Below the pieces are notes generated by a model. It saw nothing but the letters and a program-made list of their open reading frames with translations. It searched no databases and was not told the origin of the DNA. Shown one piece after another: positions 57,915 to 64,000 of a stretch of DNA of 64,000 nt. This DNA comes from an uncultured Desulfospira sp. Lineage in GTDB: Bacteria > Desulfobacterota > Desulfobacteria > Desulfobacterales > Desulfobacteraceae. The position numbers were made by a program, and so were the translations under genes. The DNA lies in the NCBI GenBank assembly GCA_963663165.1, contig OY760175.1, positions 3,008,001-3,072,000 of the forward strand, in the 5' to 3' direction. Positions within the stretch are counted from its first letter, which is position 1. Every line of letters begins with the position of its first letter.

Positions 57915-58708
57915 TCAAAATATGGATAAAATCATTCGGGTTCCCACCACATAAAGCAATGCTGCAAATATTTTTTTGAGTTTGTCAATGGGCAGGCTGT
58001 GGGCCAGTTTCGCCCCTAAGGGCGCGGTCATTACGCTGGCTGCCACAATGCCGGCCAGGGCTGTCAGATTCACATATCCCAGACAAAAAGAGGGCAGGTT
58101 GTCCATCCCCAGCCCGTTGACAATATACCCCAGGCTCCCGGCCACGGCAATGGGAAAGCCAATGGCGGAAGAGGTTCCAATGGCCTTGTGGACTTGGGTA
58201 TTGCACCAGGACAAGAAGGGAACCGAAAGGGTCCCCCCGCCAATGCCCACCAGGCTGGAAAAATCCCGATAACCGACCCGGCCCCGAATATACCGACTGT
58301 TCCCGGAATCTCCCGGGTGGGTTTGGGTTTAATTCCCATGATCATCTGGGTGGCCACATAATACAGGAAAATCCCAAAAAATCCCTTTAAAAAATTGGTG
58401 CTCAGCCGGGAGGCGATCCAGGCACCAAAAAAGGTGCCGGCCAGAATCCCGGGGGTGATGGCCAGAACCACGGGCCAGAGGACGGCCCCCCGTTTGTGAT
58501 GGGCCATCAAACTGGATACCGAGGTAAACAGGATAGACGCAAGGGAGGTGCCCAGCGCCAAATGAAGAATGTGTTCATGGGCAAGCCCCTGGGCTGTAAA
58601 GGCAAAGGTCAGCATCGGAACAATGACCAGTCCGCCGCCGATCCCTAAAAGTCCTGCCAGAACGCCGGCAACAGCGCCGACAACAAGATAAAGCAAAAAA
58701 AACGACAT
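57915..58708 (-). pseudogene. TauE/SafE (TSUP) family transporter with one frameshift
   Basis: Both GIGGG repeat halves are present but in different frames. The A5 run at 58259-58263 needs one more base to read GIFSSLVGIGGG. Confidence 0.85.
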
Positions 58709-58853
58709 AATTTAAAAAATCCTTTTTTTAAAGGAGATCAGTCCGAAGAGGGTTAGGCCAAAGGATCTTATAATATTGCACAATCGCAATTTCATCCTTC
58801 ATCCCTCATCCTTTCCCACCCCCTCCATAATGTTAAAATCCAACCGGCCATAG

Positions 58854-59522
58854 CTAAAGCCCTGAGTCTCTCTCAATATCCGCCATATGGTGTGCCATTT
58901 CCCGGAATGCGGCATCCGGGTCTTTGTTTTTTAATGCCCGGATAATGTTTTGATGGGCCGTCACAGAGGATGTCACCCGCTCAGGCGTCTGAAGCTCCCG
59001 GGACCGGCTTTCCACTAAAATTTCCTTTAAGGTGTCATAAACCGACCGTAAAACGCTGTTCCCGGTGGCCCGGACCAGGGCCGCGTGAAAAGCCTCGTCA
59101 AATACCACGGGATCCCCTCCCTGGGCCAGGGCATCTGTCTGCCGGTCCACCAGGGATTGAAGGTGCTCAATCTTATCCGGTGTAATCGTCCGGGCGGCCC
59201 GGGCGGCAATGGCAGGTTCTAAAAGCCCCCTGACCTCAAACACCTCGGCCAGGCGAAGCCGTTTTTGTTCCGCCATCTTACGAAGCTGCCCTTTTAATAT
59301 CTGAGCGGCATCTCCGGTAACAAATGAGCCTGCCCCCCGCCGGGAAACCAGAATACCCTTTTCCTTCAAGGAAAGAATGGCCTCTCGAACCGTATTCCTT
59401 GACACCTTGAACCGGTCTGCCAGGACCCGTTCCGGGGCCAGCCGGTCCCCGGCCCCTAAGGACCGTTCTTTGATGTCCTTGAGGATCTTTTCCTCAACCT
59501 GATGACTGACGGGATTGGCCAT
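58854..59522 (-). CDS. GntR/FadR-family transcriptional regulator
   Basis: GDRLAPERVLA..F.VSRNTVREA, RRGAGSFV, EVRGLLE, FDEAFH, ATGN; FCD domain. Confidence 0.95.
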   Translation of the reverse strand: MANPVSHQVEEKILKDIKERSLGAGDRLAPERVLADRFKVSRNTVREAILSLKEKGILVSRRGAGSFVTGDAAQILKGQLRKMAEQKRLRLAEVFEVRGLLEPAIAARAARTITPDKIEHLQSLVDRQTDALAQGGDPVVFDEAFHAALVRATGNSVLRSVYDTLKEILVESRSRELQTPERVTSSVTAHQNIIRALKNKDPDAAFREMAHHMADIERDSGL

Positions 59523-59543
59523 AATTCATCTCCTTTACCACAA

Positions 59544-59558
59544 ATTGGTCCAACCAAT
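59544..59558. promoter_or_regulatory. FadR-subfamily operator (PdhR/LldR-type box), autoregulatory position
   Basis: Perfect ATTGGT-N3-ACCAAT about 20 bp upstream of the regulator ATG. Confidence 0.8.
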
Positions 59559-59836
59559 ATCTCACCTACTTCGATAAAAAGCAAGAATAAAAATCCCACC
59601 GGATAAGATAAACAACTGTCCTGAAATGAAACATCAGGTTAAATACAAATAAGTTGACTTTAGACTTGCGGTACCGTCTATAGGCAATGAATTTCCTTGC
59701 TTTTGCTCGAATTTACAGTCCAAGTGGGAGTTATCAAAATAAGAATCAAATGCTTTCCAAACCAACTTTGGATTTGGCTGGGCCTTAATCAACCGGATGG
59801 GTTTAAGGGAAGCCATTTCAGTGCGCAGCACTGAAA

Positions 59837-59969
59837 CTCTGTGTTTCTCTGTGCCCCTCTGTGGTTAAATTTAAAGAATGGGCGAAGCCCACAATTTATA
59901 AAACCAGGAGGTTAAAGAAGAATAATTCAACCCCTTCGGGATTTCATAATTTTTAAACCACAGAGGGGC
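59837..59969. repeat. CTCTGTG 10-bp-period repeats with a 14-bp inverted partner
   Basis: CTCTGTG at 59837, 59847 and 59857; GCCCCTCTGTGGTT (59853-59866) inverted at 59956-59969. Confidence 0.75.
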
Positions 59970-60208
59970 TTCGGCTCCTTTCTTGCTTCCAGTCTCTTGT
60001 TTCTTGATTATACATCCTTATCATCGGAACAACCAACGCCTGCAAATAACCGATATGCGCTTATCCTAAAAAATTCCAAGTGAAAACTTTATTTATCCTT
60101 ATTGTTCTGTTATAAGAAAGGTTTGCTTTATTAAGCGGTTAAATAAAGCCGCGGCCTGGCAGCCGACAGGCTTTTGCCCTTAAATTTTTACGGATACGGG
60201 TTAACGCA

Positions 60209-61504
60209 ATGAAAATGTTTACATATCCGTCCAAAGAGGCGGAAAAACGGGTTCAGGAAACCATTGACCGGGGCCTTGGATTTTCCCGGGAAGACCATGA
60301 AAATGTTCTAAAGTACATTGAGGATGTCAAGGCACGGGGGGACCAGGCCTTAGTGGCATATACCAACCGGTTTGATTCCAAAACCGTGACCCTGGGCACG
60401 TTAAAGGTATCGGATCAGGAGTTTGAACAAGCCCTTGCCGGCCTTGAGCCTGAATTTTTAAAGGCCCTGGACCGGGCCGTGGACCAGTTGACCCGGTTCC
60501 ATGAGCAGCAAAAGGAAAAATCCTGGATTGACACCCCGAGAAACGGGGTTTGTCTGGGCCAGATGGTCCGGCCGGTGAATGCGGCCGGGGTATATGCCCC
60601 CGGTGCCAAAGGGGGGAAAACCCCCCTGGTTTCCTCTGTGCTCATGGGCGGGATTCCGGCCCGGGTGGCCGGGGTGAAATCCATTGTCCTGATGACCCCG
60701 CCCATGGAAAACGGCAAAATCAATCCCCATATCCTGGCTGCGGCCCGAAAAGTGGGGATCTCTTCGGTATTCAAGGCCGGCAGCGCCTGGGCCATTGCCG
60801 CCCTGGCCTACGGCACAGAGCAGGTCCCCAAGGTGGATGTGATTGTGGGCCCGGGCAACATTTACGTGACCCTGGCCAAAAAACTGGTGTCCGGAACCGT
60901 GGGCATTGACATGATCGCCGGTCCCAGTGAAATTCTGATCATTGCCGACAGGACCGCCAACCCTGAATTTGTGGCAGCCGACCTGCTCTCCCAGGCCGAG
61001 CATGATGTCATGGCTTCAGCCGTGCTGATCACCGATTCAAAAGAGGTGGCCGAACAGACCGTCAAGGCCCTCAAGGGGCAGCTGGACAAGCTTGGCAGAA
61101 AAGAGATTGCCCAAAAATCCATTGAGGATTACGGGTCTATCCTGCTGGTGCCGGATATTGAAACGGCCATCGGCCTTTCCAACCGCCTGGCCCCGGAACA
61201 TCTGGAACTTATGGTAAAAGATCCCTTTAACTACCTGGATCAGGTCCGGAATGCCGGTGCCCTGTTCCTGGGAACCCATACCCCGGAACCCATGGGAGAC
61301 TATATTGCCGGCCCCAACCATGTGCTGCCCACAGCCGGGACGGCCCGGTTTTCTTCAGCCCTGGGCGTGGCCCATTTTACCAAAAAAACCAGCCTGATTC
61401 ACTACTCGGAAAAGGCGCTTAAAGACGAGGCCGATGATGTCATCTGCCTGGCCGGCATTGAGGGGCTCGACGCCCATGCCAATGCCGTGAAGATCAGAAA
61501 ATAG
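60209..61504 (+). CDS. hisD: Histidinol dehydrogenase
   Basis: AIAALAYGTE, IVGPGNIYV, IDMIAGPSE, DLLSQAEHD, APEHLEL, GDYIAGPNHVLPT, EGLDAH. Confidence 0.97.
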   Translation: MKMFTYPSKEAEKRVQETIDRGLGFSREDHENVLKYIEDVKARGDQALVAYTNRFDSKTVTLGTLKVSDQEFEQALAGLEPEFLKALDRAVDQLTRFHEQQKEKSWIDTPRNGVCLGQMVRPVNAAGVYAPGAKGGKTPLVSSVLMGGIPARVAGVKSIVLMTPPMENGKINPHILAAARKVGISSVFKAGSAWAIAALAYGTEQVPKVDVIVGPGNIYVTLAKKLVSGTVGIDMIAGPSEILIIADRTANPEFVAADLLSQAEHDVMASAVLITDSKEVAEQTVKALKGQLDKLGRKEIAQKSIEDYGSILLVPDIETAIGLSNRLAPEHLELMVKDPFNYLDQVRNAGALFLGTHTPEPMGDYIAGPNHVLPTAGTARFSSALGVAHFTKKTSLIHYSEKALKDEADDVICLAGIEGLDAHANAVKIRK

Positions 61505-61550
61505 CACTGGCGTAAATTTAATATTAACCTGATAACATATAAATGATCCC

Positions 61551-62816
61551 ATGCAGACCATAAGAGGTTTTAGAGATATCCTGCCCGGCCAGATCGGCCT
61601 GTGGCAGAAGGTGGAAAAAGAAGCCGTATCCCTTTTTACGGCATTCGGCTATGAAGAGATCCGGATTCCGGTCATAGAGAAAACCCAGCTTTTTGCCCGG
61701 AGCATCGGAGAGGCCACGGACATCGTTGAAAAGGAAATGTACACCTTTGAAGACCGCAAAGGGGACAAGCTGACCCTAAGACCTGAGGCCACGGCCTCCA
61801 TCTGCCGGTCTTACATCCAGCACAAAATGCATGCCGCAGAACCGGTCAGGAAATTTTTCATGACCGGCCCCATGTTCCGGCGGGAAAGGCCCCAAAAGGG
61901 ACGATACCGGCAATTTTACCAGATTGACGCCGAGGTGTTCGGCGTTGAATCCGCCTATATTGATTCAGAGCTGATTTTTCTGCTCAACGAGCTATTCAGC
62001 CGGCTGGGCCTGACCGGACTTTCAGCCCACATCAACAGCCTGGGATGCCCGGAATGCCGTCCCCAATTCCAGAAGGCCCTGCTGGATTTTTTAGAAGACA
62101 AAAAAGAGGGTCTTTGCGACAATTGCCGGCGGCGGATGACCAAGAACCCCCTGCGGATACTGGACTGCAAGGTTGACACCTGCCGGCAGGCCCTTGAAGG
62201 GGCCCCGGCCACCATCGACCACCTGTGCCCTTCCTGTGAAGACCATTTTAAAATTGTCCGGGTTACCCTGGAAGCCCAGGGCGTGGATTTCCTGGTGGAC
62301 AAATCCCTGGTCAGGGGGCTGGATTATTATACCCGGACCGCCTGGGAGATCCAGACCACCAGCCTCGGTGCCCAGAGCGCCATTGCCGGCGGGGGGCGGT
62401 ATGACGGGCTTGTCAAGGAGCTGGGCGGCCCTGACACCCCGGCCATCGGGTTTGCCATCGGGTTTGACCGATTGGTAGAGGTCATGGAGCAGCTGGGCCA
62501 GGCACCGGAGCCGGCCCCACTGGACCTGTTTATCCTCCCCTTAGGGGACCAGGCCATGGAAAAGGCTTACCAATGGACATGCGATCTTAACCTTTCAGGG
62601 ATTTCCTGCCAGACCGATTACAGGGGCAAAAGCATGAAAAGCCTGATGAAGCGGGCCAATAAACTCAATGCCCGGTATGTGCTGATTGCCGGGGAAAATG
62701 AGCTTGCCCAGCACACATTAATTGTGAGAAATATGGAAACCAAAGAACAGTTCGAAGTTGCCATGGATAACCTGGTGCCGGAACTGAAAACCATCATAAC
62801 AACCACCAAAAGCTAA
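61551..62816 (+). CDS. hisS: Histidine-tRNA ligase
   Basis: KEMYTF, LRPEATAS, FRRERPQKGRYRQF, LVRGLDYY, GGGRYDGL. Confidence 0.98.
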   Translation: MQTIRGFRDILPGQIGLWQKVEKEAVSLFTAFGYEEIRIPVIEKTQLFARSIGEATDIVEKEMYTFEDRKGDKLTLRPEATASICRSYIQHKMHAAEPVRKFFMTGPMFRRERPQKGRYRQFYQIDAEVFGVESAYIDSELIFLLNELFSRLGLTGLSAHINSLGCPECRPQFQKALLDFLEDKKEGLCDNCRRRMTKNPLRILDCKVDTCRQALEGAPATIDHLCPSCEDHFKIVRVTLEAQGVDFLVDKSLVRGLDYYTRTAWEIQTTSLGAQSAIAGGGRYDGLVKELGGPDTPAIGFAIGFDRLVEVMEQLGQAPEPAPLDLFILPLGDQAMEKAYQWTCDLNLSGISCQTDYRGKSMKSLMKRANKLNARYVLIAGENELAQHTLIVRNMETKEQFEVAMDNLVPELKTIITTTKS

Positions 62817-62866
62817 CCGCTGAGTGCTAACAGCTAAAAGCTAATAGCTAAAGGCTAACTGCTTTC
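62811..62866 (+). repeat. Eight nGCTAAn heptamers between hisS and aspS
   Basis: AGCTAAC-CGCTGAG-TGCTAAC-AGCTAAA-AGCTAAT-AGCTAAA-GGCTAAC-TGCTTTC; the first unit supplies the hisS stop codon. Confidence 0.85.
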
Positions 62867-62885
62867 AACAAAAGGAAAAAACCAG

Positions 62886-64000
62886 GTGACGGATTTAATA
62901 GGAAAACGGACCCACTACTGCTCAGCGCTTCGGGAGAGCCATATTGGACAGGAAGTGGTTTTAATGGGATGGGTGCAGCACCGCCGGGATCACGGCGGCG
63001 TCATTTTTGTGGATTTAAGGGACCGGGCCGGCATCACCCAGGTGGTATTTAACCCGGTCATCTCAGCGGCGGTCCATGAGAAGGCCCAGGAAATCAGGAA
63101 TGAATATGTCATCGGGGTGAAAGGGAAAGTCGCGGCCAGACTTGAGGGCATGGTCAATCCCAATATGGAAACCGGTGCCATTGAAATTTTAGCTGATGAG
63201 CTTGAAGTCTTTTCACGGGCCAAAACCCCGGCCTTCCAGATTGAGGACCGGGTAGAGGCCTCGGAAACCATAAGGCTCCAGTACCGGCACCTGGACCTGC
63301 GGCGGCCCCAGCTTAAAAACAACATCCTGGCCCGGCACAAAGCCACCATGGCCGTGAGAAATTATCTGGACGCCAACGGGTTTATCGACATTGAAACCCC
63401 GTTTTTAACCAAATCCACCCCGGAAGGGGCAAGGGATTACCTGGTCCCCTCCCGGGTGAACCAGGGACAGTTTTACGCCCTTCCCCAAAGCCCCCAGCTG
63501 TTCAAACAGCTGCTCATGATTGCCGGGTTTGACCGGTACTACCAGATTGTCAAATGCTTCAGGGACGAGGACTTAAGAGCCGACCGGCAGCCGGAGTTCA
63601 CCCAGATCGACATGGAGCTTTCCTTTGTCACCGAAGAGCAGATCATGGAGATGGCCGAAGGGATGATCCGGACCGTATTCAAAACCGTCCTTGACCTGGA
63701 CCTTGACCCGTCTTTTCCCAGGCTCACCTATGACGAGGCCATGGAACGGTTTGGCCTGGACCGGCCCGATCTGAGGTTTGGCTTAGAGCTGTGCAATGTA
63801 TCGGACATTGTGGCCAAAACCGGATTCAAGGTATTTGCCAGTGTGGTGAAAAACAACGGCCTGGTCAAGGCCATCAATGCCAAGGGATGTGCCTCTTTTA
63901 CCCGAAGGGAAATTGATGAGCTCACGGAATTTGCCGCCGTTTACAAGGCAAAGGGGCTTGCCTGGATCAAGATTAAAGAGGACCAGTGGCAGTCCCCCAT
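62886..64000 (+). CDS. aspS: Aspartate-tRNA ligase, probably non-discriminating; 3' end outside the window
   Basis: Not in the ORF track. GTG 62886: [12 protein letters not shown]...[63 protein letters not shown]. Confidence 0.97.
   Translation, partial: MTDLIGKRTHYCSALRESHIGQEVVLMGWVQHRRDHGGVIFVDLRDRAGITQVVFNPVISAAVHEKAQEIRNEYVIGVKGKVAARLEGMVNPNMETGAIEILADELEVFSRAKTPAFQIEDRVEASETIRLQYRHLDLRRPQLKNNILARHKATMAVRNYLDANGFIDIETPFLTKSTPEGARDYLVPSRVNQGQFYALPQSPQLFKQLLMIAGFDRYYQIVKCFRDEDLRADRQPEFTQIDMELSFVTEEQIMEMAEGMIRTVFKTVLDLDLDPSFPRLTYDEAMERFGLDRPDLRFGLELCNVSDIVAKTGFKVFASVVKNNGLVKAINAKGCASFTRREIDELTEFAAVYKAKGLAWIKIKEDQWQSP

Noticed and set aside
59634..59831. 65-aa minus-strand ORF
   Set aside because: No recognisable motif or RBS; begins in repeat-derived sequence.

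Overview
64-kb chromosomal window from a GC-rich bacterium. Gene content (DsrP-type NrfD protein, sigma54 psp locus, CxxC..HG.CxxC output domain, SECIS-bearing ORF) points to a sulfate-reducing deltaproteobacterium, probably Desulfobacteraceae; that taxonomy is inference. In order: an MSHA-like type IV pilus/T2SS cluster (pilC/gspF partial, MshEN-containing ATPase, ExeA-like ATPase, secretin, PilP/O-like, PilM-PilN fusion); a sensorless hybrid kinase; a heterodimeric ABC exporter; an accessory patch (structured ~90-bp repeats, RHS/YD fragment, frameshifted Y1/HUH transposase inside 25-bp inverted repeats, AT-rich 2TM orphan, atypical class III nucleotide cyclase); alpha-2-macroglobulin-pbpC; gpt; a 60-aa UGA-recoded selenoprotein candidate missing from the ORF track; tandem FIST/NosP genes with a hybrid kinase; an aminotransferase; XRE/DUF2975; a MalT/SARP-like regulator followed by a repeat array and an orphan dsrP; pspF-pspABC; LysE, dodecin, crotonase, trmO; HD-GYP, Cache-PAS kinase and CHASE2-OmpA-FecR signalling genes; a frameshifted TauE with a FadR regulator; hisD-hisS-aspS. 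No rRNA, tRNA or CRISPR was recognised. All product calls come from motif recognition by eye; no database searches were run.
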